64,000 nt of DNA from Rhizophagus irregularis (GCF_026210795.1 NC_089432.1:3224001-3288000), one strand, 5' to 3'. Positions 13,601 through 27,350 are shown, counted from the stretch's first letter. The notes: generated by a model from the sequence alone, not told the origin. Made by a program: numbers and translations.

Positions 13601-14056
13601 AGTAACGAAAAGATGGGACTACGAAGATATGAAAAGAATATGATACAGCGCAGGAAGCATATTATACTTACGAGCGATGGTGGGTGTGGTGTAGTCGATG
13701 GCGATGATGTGGATCTTATTTGGCATAAAATTGAGACTATTAAGTTCATCTTGAATATATACTTCTAACATATCACTAGGTGTCATTTCTTTTCCGCCGA
13801 GTTTGATAATGTCATCTTTAGTAGAAATTTTTTTATTTTCGATATCAGCAGTATCGAGATTAACTTTCCAAAGTTTCGTATCGTAGTGTTCATAGATAAG
13901 GTCCCTTAAAAGCATAATCGTTATTTGGTCTAACTGGATTAGATGTCCATGAAGTTGGACGATCTTTTTATCTGCATTTTTGTAGATAGGAATTGCTTTG
14001 AAACTTCTAGTGTTTGCTTTTACGTTTACAAGTAAACAAGTAAGCGCTCGATCCAT
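10649..14056 (-). CDS. Crinkler (CRN)-family protein: CRN N-terminal domain, two tandem ubiquitin-like modules, P-loop NTPase and putative PD-(D/E)xK nuclease
   Basis: Exons 14056-13672, 13544-13284, 13208-13176, 13100-12840, 12761-12729, 12636-10649 (all phase-1 GT-AG introns, frame open); LWKV and IHII CRN motifs; Walker A QSSGSGKT, Walker B VVCCIDEAH; IDHVIP..ILIQNKN nuclease-like motif. Confidence 0.85.
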
Positions 14057-14360
14057 TAGGAGATACTGCTATAAATGTGATAAATAAGTAAGTTAAAAAG
14101 AAGAAAAAAGGTTGAAGAAAGAAATTTGAAAGCGTTTTTGAGGGCATTACATCGTGATTCATAATAAACTCTTGATCAGTGTTATCAGTGTTTGATACTC
14201 CGAAAAAAATATCAATCAATTTATCAGTAGATTTATATGAAAAAAATCAGAGTATTGGCTAACCGTTACGCAATTTTTCGGTCGTGACCGTATTTGGGCA
14301 ATAATCCTTTTGTATCACATCAATTTTTTTATAGTACATAAAAAATCGAATGAGTCAGAT

Positions 14361-14574
14361 TTATTGTCCGAAAGGACTAATTTGATTTAGCCCCCGTTTT
14401 TGTCGAATACACTAGTGTAACCAACACTATTAATATTCGTAACACGCGAGGTGGTGTGGTAAGATTATACCACTACCTATATGACCCCCTGAAATATGGC
14501 ACTATAAGCACGTAGATCACGTAACACTTTGCGAGATGCAACGCGAAGGACTTAAACGGTTTCCGTTTTCCTAG
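14361..14574 (+). mobile_element. Short non-autonomous Helitron/Helentron-like element
   Basis: ttattgtccgaa start; aaacgg-ttt-ccgttt-tc-CTAG|ttttt end; termini shared with 2118-2659. Confidence 0.55.
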
Positions 14575-16327
14575 TTTTTAATGAAATGGATAAACAAAAA
14601 GGCAAAAGAAAATTAAAAGAGGAGGCGCTAAATTAATCAAAATTCGAAATCAACCCCGGGACTCCCCGCCAACCCGGAAATAAAAAAAAAGAGGTAATGA
14701 AAACGAACATAAAACAATCGAAAAAAAATCAATTAAACGACCCATATAAGGAGATGTCTATGATGTAGGATAGAGGTGATTTTGATATTACTATTGAAAA
14801 AAAAAATAGGCTCATAAAAATAAAAATTAAAAATTAACCCAAAAACTGGAAGTTTATAATTTGAAACAGTGATCGGGTATTAAAATATCTCCTTTGAGAT
14901 ATGAATTATGTGATTCTGAGTCACCAAATCAAATTAAACCGTATCGGCGTATGACGTGAATCGCCGTATTCGCCATAAAATTTTCCACACCACGTGACTT
15001 GGGTGGCGCGGTGTTTATATTTGACTTAGTGTCCCGTGAACGGATAATCCGTAAGTTCTTTCACAAATCCAGATTTGTGATCCGTAAAATCCGGATAAAT
15101 CATAGTATTTATATGAGTGTAATTTCAGGACTTTAGTTAAATGTAATAGGTTTAGGTAGCATAGGCTAAGTTGTTTAGCAGGTATGGAACCACTCAAATA
15201 TTAATTTTTATCGAGATATCTTTAATATTTGCAATAATATGATATTTTTGTATGGAAACTACTGTGCCGCACGCGGTTGATTTTTTCACTTTACAGCGTA
15301 ATTTTGGTACTTCTGTTAAATGAAACAAGCCTTTAGAGATTAAGTAAAGTTATTAGCAGGTGTAGGATTACTTAAATATTGATTTTTATTAAATTAGCTT
15401 TAATATTTATGGAATAATTAGCATTTTTTACAATAGTGTACTTGACTCAATTGACTCTAAATATCAATAAATATTTATTTGTTTATTAAAATTAAATTTG
15501 ATAAAGTGAGAAGAATTATTTCCACGCTAAAAGGTCTTAGGAAATGTGTTCCTAATTATAAAGGAGGGTAGGGCAAGAGGCTCATGGCATTGCGAAGCAA
15601 TGTGTTCCTAATTTTATTCACAGAATTTTCACGGTGTAGTAGGTTATTCGAGACATTCTCTCATCATGAGCATAACGGGAAAATATCAGTTTTTCTTTTT
15701 TTTTTGACTTTTTCAACTTTTTTTTCGATTTTTTTTTCCTAAGATAAACGTTATAATAAATGCGAAATAAACATTGCGCCAATTAAAATTCAGACGCTAC
15801 AAAATCACGTGGGGTGAAAAAATTTTATGGCGATACTGGGTAGTTCCGGATACCCGTCAACTAAAAAAAAATCTATCCGGATATCCATTTTTATCGGATA
15901 TCCTTTAGCTTAACCGGATATGCTGAATCCGGATACAATCACTAGAAAGACTAATACGGGACATCTTAGAATACTGTAATTAAAGAGTATTGCGAGCTGC
16001 TGTGAACTTTCTGTGTTATTCAGCAGTCCTGAACTAATCAAATTTTATATTTCTGAAAATATGATACTGAGTAATAACTAAACTAATTTTAATTGCGTAG
16101 TCACTTATGAGATACTAATTAATTTTCATAAAAAAGTAATTCATCAAACAAGAACTAGGTTTATTGAGAAACTAGAAGATTTTTTATCATGACAACTGAA
16201 GCAATGCATAATTATGTTTAATTCTGATATATTTATAATAAAATTGAAGCATGAATATTTCCTATACACAATTTTAATTCAGACACTACATTTTAATGCT
16301 CACAATATACAGTCTGTATATTGTGAC

Positions 16328-16670
16328 TAGGGATTGGGATTGGTTCGTCAGTTCTATTTCTCGTCGGTTCCGCTTCGGTTCTCATTAAGTAAAATATGAG
16401 CTACATGCGTCAAATTTAAGACGCAGATAGAGCATGTGATGAAGATCGAATAGAAAAATTTAGATTGGTCATCAAACGATGGTTTGTCCGTGATCGTTAT
16501 AATTTTGATGACAACCCGATTTGCTCCAAACCGGTTCGGAGCCGGTTCTGGTTCGATTTTTAGAACAGTTCCCGGAGTGTTTCGTGTTCAGGAATCTGCT
16601 AAAATTAGAATCGGTTCCAGAATCCAGAGCCGGTTCAGAACCGCTATGTTTTGAACTTCCCCCATCTCTA
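16328..16670. mobile_element. hAT-type MITE
   Basis: tagggattggg ... cccccatctcta ends; 8-bp tatacagt at 16306 and 16671; internal ggttc/gaacc motifs; absent from the paralogous spacer at ~5790. Confidence 0.75.
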
Positions 16671-17585
16671 TATACAGTTCATATTATAAATAAGATAGGA
16701 TGAAATGATTTGATAATTATTTTGATGCAATCCATTTGATATTTTTTTTCTGTTTTAATAGAACTGTTTTTATTTTGGTGTATTTGAAATTTTTTTAATA
16801 GTATGATATCCATTTGATAGTTTCTTTGATAACTGATGGTCTATATGAAAAAAAAAGTTTAATACTGCGTATCTCTAAAACTTTTATTTAAATTAATATT
16901 ATTTAATTTAGAAATCAAGAAATAATAAATTCATTGTTCTCTTCCTTTTTTTACTAAGATCTTTTTCGTATCTTTTCTAAATTAAAATTAATCGTAATAA
17001 CTACTATAAATTTAACGTAACATTAAGATGAACCATTGAAAAGTTTCTTTTGCTAAGAATAAAATGTATTAATTTTTAAAATTTTTAAGATAAATTTAAT
17101 TTACAAAAAAGAGAAAAAGATAAATCCAAAATGGAAATTGATTTCCAATTTTTTTTTAATAAAAATTGAGACGAATCTTTTTTCTTACAAAAAGAAAAAA
17201 ATGATAAATCAATGATCTTTAAATTTTATTTTATTTCAAAAATAGAAAAGGATAAATTAAAAATAGCAAGTGATTTCCTTTTTAAACAAAAAAAAATTTA
17301 AAAGAAGGTTAGTTTCATCTATACTAACAATATATAAAGTTCCTACGTTCAAATTGGTATCCAAATTATTCATGATTTTTATGATGATCATATCCTGAAA
17401 TGTATTAAATTGTTTACGTGTAAATATATTAACAATTAATCTTTTTTTACACTATGTCACACGAGTGATTGTATGATTTACACAAATCCATAAATAGAAT
17501 TTTTTTTTTTTTCCAGACTTCCACCGCAAAAAATTTTTATTCTTATTTCATCTATTATTTCTAATAATAAAAAATAATAACAAAA

Positions 17586-19894
17586 ATGCAAAATAACGAA
17601 AATATAAATTGGATTGAGGAAGCTATTATTAAACAACATATTAAATATTATGAGTATGAAAATTTTAAAAATATTCAAGAAGTTGGTTCCGGAGCATTCG
17701 GAAAGGTTTTTCGTGCAAATTGGAAAAATTTTGGTCATTATTTAGCATTAAAATCATTTTATAATCTAAACGACATTACCTTAAAAGAAATTGTCAATGA
17801 AGTAATCAAATATTTTAATTTCATTTTTTTTTTAAAAAAAAAATTATTTTTTCATATACTCTTTTTCATATTTATTTACTTATTTATTTTCTTAATTTTC
17901 TAAATTATTATGCGTTTATAATTTAGCTTAAACTTCAACGAGAAGTAGATTTTCATGACAATATCATTCGCTTTTATGGAATCACAAAATTTGAATCAGG
18001 TATTTGTAAATATCTATATATCAAGCATAACAAATAAAATTAGGTTTATTTAATTTTTTTTTCTTTATGTAAAAACTAATAATCGATTCTATCCTTTTTT
18101 ATTAGAAAATAAAATTGACCAAACAAAGAATTATTTGTTAGTAATGGAATACGCTAACGGTGGTACCCTTCGTGACTATTTAAACAAAAACTTCAATAGA
18201 CTTAGTTGGGATGATAAGTATAATTTAGCACATCAATTAGCTTGTTCTGTATTATGTCTGCATGATGAAGGGATCGTTCACCGAGATTTGGTAATTTTTT
18301 TAATAAAGTAATTAAAATATTTTACGAACTAAATTAATATTATTTATATATTATAATAGCATTCTTGTAATGTGTTGGTTCATAAGAAATCCATCAAGTT
18401 GGCGGACTTTGGATTATCAAAAAGGATTGATGAAGCATCGAATTCACAATCAAAGTTACTTGGTATGGTTCCCTATATTGATCCGAAAGTATTAATGAAT
18501 AGCAATAATTTAAAATTAAATGAGAAGAGCGATGTATATAGTATTGGCGTTTTATTATGGGAAATATCAAGTGGGAAACCACCATTTCATGAAGAGAAAA
18601 ATAAGATCGGCTTAATCTATGACATTTCACAAGGACGAAGAGAAAAAATTATTCCTAATACTCCTAATGATTATTCAAATCTTTATATTGGTAAATGTTG
18701 TTTCATTATATTATTTGTTTTACTCATTAAAGTCATTATTTTAACCAAATTCTTTAATTATTAGAATGTTGGAATAATGAACCAAGTAAACGACCAAATA
18801 TGCATGAGGTTGTTAATAGAATAGGAGTATTTATTCCAGATTCAAATAGCACAACAATTGATCAACAGAATGACATATCTGATCAAACTTATCCTACGCC
18901 AAATGAAAATCCAACTCCAAATAGTGCAGGAAATTCATCACATGGAGAATTATCCCAAATGATCCAAAATTTCACTAATATGAATACAAGTGAAATAGAT
19001 AGTATGTCTACAAATGAACAAATTAATGAAAATATTTCGTCCGAGAATTATTTTAGCATTGTGATTAACGAAATAGTTGATCTCATTTTTAAAGAAAACA
19101 TTAAAGATAATATGAAGGTAAAACAGCATGTTATTGATTATTTGAATAATCATAATGTAAATTCTAAAGAAATTTATAATTGGTTATTAAATAATCAAAA
19201 CAATTCAGAATCTATTTTTTTACTTGGTTATTTTAATTATTTAGGAATTGAAACAATTAGTGATCTTGAGAAAGCATTTAATTTATTTATTAATGCATCA
19301 AAACAGGATCATACATTAGCACAATATTTTGTTGGAAAATGTTATCAATTTGGAAATGGAATTACAAAAAATGAAAAACTTGCATTTGAATATTATGAAA
19401 AAGTATCTAGTAAAGATTATGCAAGTGGACAATTTAAATTAGGTTGGTTTTATGATATTGGGATAAGTGTCAATAAAGATTTAAAAATGGCTGTGTATTG
19501 GTATGAAAAAGCTGCAAATAATGGACATTTAAATGCTATGCATAACCTTGGCCTCTCATATAAAAATGGAGATGGTGTTGATAAAAATAATCAAAAAGCT
19601 TTTGAATTATTCAAACAATCAGCTGAAGGAGGACATTCAGATGGAATAACGATGTTGGCTTATTGTTATGATAGTGGAACTGGAATTAATATTGATAAAC
19701 AAAAGGCAGTTGAATTATATCAGAAAGCTGCAAATTTAGGACATAAGGTAGGTCAATATAATCTTGCTATTATATATGAAGAAGGAGAAGGAATTGAAAA
19801 AGATTTATATAAAGCAATTTATTGGTATGAACAATCAGCTAAACAAGGACATCAAAATGCTCAAACTAGATTAAAAGAACTGAAGAAAAATTAG
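17586..19894 (+). CDS. TKL kinase-SEL1 repeat protein (copy 2)
   Basis: Exons 17586-17801, 17927-17999, 18106-18290, 18360-18690, 18765-19894; same motifs as copy 1. Confidence 0.93.
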
Positions 19895-21278
19895 AATTAG
19901 AAACAAATTTATGATGTAAATTATTTTAAGAAAAATTTTTTTTTATTGTATTTATAATTGTACCATTACATAGGAAAATAAACACAGTAATTTTAAACAT
20001 TAGTATTTATTAAATTACGTAGTATCAATTTTTATAATATTAAATTGAATAATATAATAAATGTTGTATTCTTGTTAAACGCTTAAAATTATTGTACCTC
20101 TTAAAAAGGAATAAATGATTAAAAGTTGTTGAGAAAATTGTTTAGCTTTAATTAAATATTAATTATTTTTTGAGAAAATCTCCTGACAAAATTTCTTTAT
20201 AAAGTATTTCATTACTTTTTAACTATAGCAGGTTAACATATCTTCAATTTTTTAAAAAAATTATTACATCATAATAATCACATTAGTATCTTAATACAAA
20301 ATGATATAAAGATAAAACACATAATATGCAATCAATAATATTTCCCAAATTCCAATTTTTTACTTTGACTCGGCTAATTCTATAAGGCCGTCGAAGTAGA
20401 TCTTTTGGCCAAAAGCAGTTATCCAAAAATATACGTTACCTCCATTTGTTGAACCCAGATAAAAAAATACATTTAACGAAAGTGGTGTAGTTAAAATGTA
20501 AAATTTTATCTTTATTAGCATAATTATCTTAAGTTTACTTCAACATTTAGTCGATAAAAACTGAAACAATAATAGTAAAAACGAGAAGTCCTATAATAAT
20601 CGATAATGATACCATGACAGTAAAGCATTTGATGTTTGACGCTTATAAGCAATATACGCTGCATGTTTGCGCTCATTAAATCGCTTATCAGTATTTTTAA
20701 AAATTAGTAATTTGGTTAGGTATGCGCCTTTTTTCAGGGGTTTTAATAAAATTTTCATGCCATAAAATTGTTAAGTCCGGACTCACGAAGCAATAATTTA
20801 TTATTTAACATGTGACAAGACTAATATGGGGACATCTTAGATCATTGTGTAATTAAATGTTAATCAGCAGTCCGGGACCAATTAAATCTTATATTATATG
20901 ATACTGAGTAATAACCAAACTAATTTTAATTGTGTGGACACTTATGAGATCCTAATTATTTTTCAAAAAAAAGTAATTCATCAACTAGGGTGGCGTAGGA
21001 ATCTAGTTGGCACACCCTTTTTATTTTTCAGTTAATATGTTATTTATTATGAGTTGTGTATTTATGTTTTTGTTTGTAATATATCGAGAAAATAATTTTT
21101 TTATAGATTTTTTTCATGTATTTGATTATATTAAAGAAAAACTTTTTTAACTTATATATTTATTTGTATTACTATTTAATGATAAATTAATAATTTATTT
21201 ATTATTAATAAATTTAATTTATACTTATTTTTATATATTAAAGATCAATTTTATTTGGTATAATTATATAATTTAATA

Positions 21279-21843
21279 TTAAATTGGTAAAGGATTTTGA
21301 GCTAGTATTTCAAGATGTTCATATTCTTTAATTACATCTGGGTCTGTTTTAAAAGCAGCTTTATCAAGTGCTGCTATTTGTATGTTATCCCAGTTAGGAC
21401 ATCGGCTTAAAACAGTATATGCTTGACCAGGTGCAAATATTTGTTCATCTAAACTAATAGTTATATAGTATAAAGTAAAACCTTGAGTTTTATGAACAGT
21501 TAAAGCATAAAAATTTTTTACGGTGTAAAGGAAGGGCTTCAATTTCTTCAGGGATTTTCGCTAATATTGGAAATTGTAATCTATTTCTTGGGCGTGGACA
21601 AGAAAAACATGTGGGAATTTTAAGGATTCCGCATCTGATTGTAGCATAAGTTAATACACTAATTTCATTTGATTCTTCTATTGGATAAAGATCTGATGAA
21701 GGGCTGTATTGAATCCAAGTAGCTTTATCTTTATATAATAATTTTCCACAGTAAACACAAGGAGTATTGGGATATTCTTTGAAAAAAGTAGATTGAAATT
21801 TAGAGTATATACTGTACGTTGAAAAGACTGGTTTGGTCTCCAT
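21279..21843 (-). pseudogene. Helitron Rep/Hel remnant: Cys-rich N-terminus fused by deletion to the PIF1 helicase C-terminus
   Basis: PCVYCGKLLY..CFSC N-terminal piece overlaps out of frame with YALTVHKTQGFTL..FAPGQAYTVLSRC (PIF1-family C-terminal motifs). Confidence 0.85.
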
Positions 21844-22744
21844 AAATTAGGAGTAAAAGGGGTAATTTGAATTTGTTGAGAGTTATTTGTTTGATCAGGG
21901 GAAAATAATATTTCTTCTGATGTGTTATTAGAAGTAATTGAAAATGGATCAATTATATTTTCGTAGGAAGGTCTATGTAATATTCATTGTATATAAAATT
22001 AGACATGGTTATTTAAAAAAGTAATGTAAAAAAGAATAAGATTTTATGTTGATATTATTTTTTTTTATTATTTATTATATTTATTATTTGTTATTATATT
22101 GTAATAAATTAAAATAATTATATGTAAATAACTGATAAGGAATTTTTATTTTTGTATATTTTTTTTTTCGTATATATAGTATATTTTTTATAGTTAGATA
22201 ATTATTATTAATAAAAATTAATTAGATAATAATTATTAGTAAAAATTAATTAGATAATAATTATTAGTAAAAAATAATTAGATAATAATTATAAAAATGA
22301 ATATTAATAATAAAATTTACTAATGAATGATTATTTAATAAAAGTTATATATGTAAATTAGTTTTTTTAGTTTGGGAAAAATTATATATTTTTTTTGATT
22401 GTTGTACGATTTTTTATTTTTTTTTTATTAATAGAATTAGATGATAATTATAATAAAAAATATTAATAATAAAATTTAGTAATAAATGATTATTTAATAA
22501 AATGTTAACGTTATATATGTAAATTTTTTCAATTGAATAAGATTAGAGAGAAATTTTAATATTATATGCAAATTAGTTTTTTAGTTAAAAAATATATAGA
22601 GAGAAATAAATTTATTGATTAATTATGATAAAAGGAACAATACAAAAATATTTTAAAAGAATTGTTAAAATAATTAATATCATCAAAAATAATTGTATAA
22701 AAATAAAACAAATTGATATTATATAAATTTATATTACTGTATAA

Positions 22745-23782
22745 TTACGACTTTCTTGTTTTTTTATTCTTATTTCTATTATTATTTCGATATTTTGATG
22801 GGAAATCATCATTATTGTCTATATTTTCGTCATCATTATTATTAGAATTCGATATTCTTTTATTCCTCTTATTATTATTATTATCATCATCATAATTTGA
22901 TGGAAGATCATCATCGTTATTTATATTTTACTATTAATATCATTATTAGAATTTGATATTTCTTCTAATGTAGTATCAGTAAGAGTTTCAGTCCGATTAT
23001 TAGTTATTGATTGAGCTGATAATCTTTTTGAAGATGTTGTTGATCAAGTGTATAGAGAAGAAATTGAATCATCTGTTGAATTTCCAATATTTGTATTCAT
23101 CATAGTAATAAAATTTATATCCTGAATTTCGATTTGACATTCTGAATCAACAAAAATCATTTCTCCCAACATCATTACATTTGAATTTTTTCTGATTTTT
23201 TTCACTTTATTATCAATTGCTTTTAAGTATCTACATTTTATATTAATTTTGTCAGCAACATTTCCCTTTCCAACAAATTCATTAACATTAAGTTTGATAC
23301 TTTTAAATAAATCATCATCATCTTGTACTTGTCTTATAATGTAACCAATGAAAAAAACGGAGATTGAACTAATCGGAAGATTATCTTTCGTAAGGTTCAA
23401 CATTAGCTGTCATCTAGTTTATTTTTTATTTTTATTTTTTATTTTTTTTTAAAAAAAAAGAATCAATAATTATTTTTATCTCGGGTATTATTTTTTTTTT
23501 TTACATAAATAATACATTAAAAATTACCTCCAAAATATCATCATGAGGAAGCTCTTCATTAAGAGAAAATTTTCCTGTAAACCTAACTACATCGCCAGAT
23601 GCAAAATCGGGAATCCATTTCGGAACTGATGGATTTTTTGGAAAAAAGGCAATTATTTTTATATTCATTGTTGTATTATCTTCTTTTCTCATAATACCAA
23701 TAGTTTCTTTTATAATAAAATTATTACTTTCTCATTCAACAATTGAATGAATTAAACAAATTAAAGTGAGTTTTGCTGGCAT
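22745..23782 (-). pseudogene. Helitron cargo gene, probable tandem OB-fold (RPA-like) protein with acidic/basic tail, disrupted
   Basis: MPAKLTLICLIHSIVE*..FASGDVVRFTGKF / intron ~23527-23414 / VFFIGYI..NVMMLGEMIF..IEIQDINF; early TGA and frameshifts; fold is inferred. Confidence 0.55.
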
Positions 23783-25036
23783 AGTATTTATTTATTTTTT
23801 TTATTTATTATGTAGAGAAATAGATATTTTTTTTTTATTTTCTTAAACGATATTTTTTTTCTTTTCAAAAAAAAAATAGATATTTATTATTAAATATTTT
23901 TTTTTAAGAGTTAAAAAATGAAGTCAATATTTCTTCATAAAAAATAAAATCATTTTTACTTTTTATGATCAAATATTTACGTTTATTTATTTTTATAGAT
24001 ATATTATTTATTTGTTTATTTAATCTTATAACATTTCTCCGAATTTTTTTAACTTTAAATGGGAAATTTTGATTACATAATGATTGACATTTACCGTAAT
24101 CTTTCATTTGTTTAACCAATAATGGTAAAAGAATAGATAAAGATTTTTTTTTAATTAATAAAAATAAAATATTTTTTGAGATAATTTTTTATGATATTAT
24201 TTTATGGTAATATATATTTTTTTCTGATAACTTTCATAAACTTTTTTTTATTTATCATAGTAAATTTATTATTAATAAATAATTACGCTTATCACTTTTA
24301 CCATTTTGTTACGTACATGATGATCGTCATTTTTTTTTGAAAAGAATCACGTTTTTTTTTTTTTAAAAAAAAAATATATATTAACTTGCCATCCGTGGAG
24401 AAGCTAACTGCTTGAAGCTTGAAGCTTGAAACTTATGCCTAAGCCTATACTTAAGTATATGCTTCAAGCTTCACAAGCTTAATATAAAAATGCTGGAAAA
24501 GTTTAAGCTAAATTTGGGCATCAAACTAACCATATATTGAATTTCATGGTTAGTATGATCAACAAATTTATTAAAACAATACTACTATTAAAGTTAAACA
24601 CATTACACAAGCTTTTCGGCATTCTTATCTTCAAGCTAACAAGAACTAGGTTTATTGAGAAGCTAGAAGGTTTTTTATCATGACAAGCCCCTATGAAAAA
24701 TTTTTATCCAAATATTTACATTATTTCTCCGTGGCATTCATAAAATTTCGTGAAAATGATACATTCACGGATATCCGTGTTAGCAGCAAATCCTATATGA
24801 GCTCTATCTCTATGCTGTGTTATAAAGTACACCTAACGGTATGTAAAATAACTAAACTAAACTCGACCCAATACTCGACCCTGCTTTATCATCCCGTGGC
24901 TAGCTAATCCTATTAATATAACAATTAAAATAAACAAATCTACATCATAAACTACAAAAAAAACCTAAATACTAACTATTGTGAAATGAATTTGTTACCA
25001 GAAAATTTTTTACGTAAAATCACGTGACTTCTCTAA

Positions 25037-25504
25037 GGCCACGCAAACTAATATTTTTGGTTCACGTAACATTAAAATTTAAAATTGACCCGGGGACCCG
25101 GGTTTTATTTTTTATTAAAAAAAAAAATTTTTATTATAAGTCACGTAACTTACTAGTTTATAATTAGATGAATTTCGTTCCAGTTTGTTAAAAATACCTA
25201 TCATACTGTACATGTACGAATAAGTTACAACTCTGTAACTTTAAAAGATTGGGAAGATTTACCAGTTGAAAAAGAGACAAAAATGAAGGATTTTTCTAAT
25301 GATATATCAATTTCATGTTTGTCATCTAATTTCTGGGAAGCAGATTTTAAAGTACTATTCATAAATCATAATAATTAAGATTTAACCAATAAAATCACTT
25401 GAAAACACGTGAAAAAAAATTTTACATATAAAAATTTTTTGGTCAAATTTTGAAAAAGTGACCCGGCCGGGTGAAGTGAACCAAAAATATTAGTTTGCGT
25501 GGCC
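25037..25504. mobile_element. PIF/Harbinger (Tourist-like) MITE
   Basis: 29-bp perfect TIR ggccacgcaaactaatatttttggttcac; TAA duplicated on both sides. Confidence 0.92.
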
Positions 25505-25509
25505 TAAGA

Positions 25510-27350
25510 TTCTTTATACTTTATCCTCTACTCTCCAACGCTTCTAAAATTTTTTCACCAGAAGGCTATTCTTGACTCTCTTATCACCAATGTCTTTTCC
25601 ATCCATCACTTTATTTTCATTCTTTAGGCATTTTGTAAAGTCTTCATTTAGCATGGTGTAATATTTCAAAATATCACTTTTTCCACTAAACTTATGATAT
25701 TACGACCTAATACATTATATTGATTTCCTTGTTTCACCCAGTCTAATACTTTATCTTCTCAAGTCCATACGCCTATCCAATGTCTTTGATGGCTTCTGAT
25801 CGTCTCCCATTCTATTTCCTTTGAGGTAGCTTTGAAAATATCACCCAACTTCTCTAACTTTCGATTAATTGATTCTGTCATTTCTGTGTTTTCTTCCATA
25901 TTTTCGGGGTCTTTATATTGTTCATACTTTATTTTTTCGTCTGCCGATATTTATTTATAACCTCAACTACTTCTTCGGTCGCTATATTATCCCGTTTTAG
26001 AACATTTTTTTGTGAATTACCATTTTTTTCACATTCGTAGGACATAATATCATCTTGTCTATCTCAACAAGTTCATAAGTGCCAGCTCTGCTTTTTTAAC
26101 CTCATCTGCATCTGATTCTTCTGATGTTTCTCTTACCCTCCATCTTTTGATCAAATCTACTACCTTTTCTTCATTTATCAGTGATTTCAATCTTTCTACC
26201 GTTTTGTTTTTAATTCTATTATCTGCAATTTATCTAACCCCACGTTTTGAGGCGTTCGCGGTGTAGAATTTACCGTAGATGAATTGACCGTCTTGTTAAT
26301 CTCTTTTCTTCCTTCCGTTTCTATTCCTCTGAAAATCGTCTTAAAATTACGTACACTCCATATTCTCTTTATATCTCTTTCTTTAAATGAAGCTTCTACC
26401 GCTAATTCCATAATTTTAGAATCAATAAAATATGCTATAATTTTCCAATTCTTTTGATATTTAATGACCTTGGCAAAAGCGATAGTGTATTTTTGTTGTA
26501 GTTTTTTAATGAATTCGTAACTTCCTTCATTTCATCCTCTGTTAAGTCTCTTATTAATTGCCATTTGTCACGTTCTTGCCTAGCTTTGAGACCTGCTGCG
26601 GCATCGTACTATTATATAAAAGTTTTACTAATACCTATTCCAAAAGAACCTTTCTGTCAAGTTTTCTCAAAATTTTCGTTCAACAGAATATGTTCTTGCA
26701 AATTTATATTTGTGTTGTTGTTTCACTTGAATACGAAATACTTCTTCCTTCCAATATCGCAGAATATCATAAAAAAACATGTCCCGTACTATCTCTTTTT
26801 CTCTGTTATCGCTGGAATCTCCACAATCGGCGCCTTCTTCCCTTTTTCTGAAGACTGACATCTATTTTCTGATTTTTTAAATGTGCTCTTCTTATCAGCC
26901 TTGATTTTTTAAAGTTTTTCCCCAACTCATTTTAACTTGCTTTATTCGACATATTGTACCATGCAACTGCTCAACCATTCATTCTATGCTTTTATCACAC
27001 CTTCCTGTATCGCTATCATCTTACATGACCGTGCATTCGCTTTGCCCGTCCTTGCAATTTCTCATTTTCTCTGCCTATGCATTTCATATTGTCCACATAT
27101 ATTTTATGAGCAACTTCCACGCTACTCTCTAATAAAAGCATTATTGTTTCTACCGGAATGTTTATTTCTTGAGTTATGGTATCAAAAACCTTTCTGCTCA
27201 TTGTTGTTTGTTTAAACACCCGTTCAACATTTTCTTGAATATGTGTCGGCTTCTTGTACCTATCTGTTTAAAGTTTTTTGATAAGAAACTAAATATATCT
27301 TTGTAATAAGTGTTAACGAACTCTTTCGGTGTTAAATAAGGGTCCATTTT
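25510..27350 (-). pseudogene. Decayed coding remnant, possibly a non-LTR retrotransposon ORF1
   Basis: Broken K/E-rich minus-strand ORFs (..FFYDILRYWKEEVFRIQVKQQHKYK..; ..ELAVEASFKERDIKRIWSVRNFK..); the block ~24687-27447 is absent from paralogous spacers; no RT motif seen. Confidence 0.35.

Larger units (their letters stand above)
20985..24638 (-). mobile_element. Internally deleted Helitron (Helentron/Helitron2-like, inserted in a T-run without TSD)
   Basis: Empty site tcatcaaacaagaactagg at ~5625 and ~16141; minus-strand 3' end agggtg..caccCTAG|tt; carries PIF1 helicase and Rep-like fragments. Confidence 0.85.
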
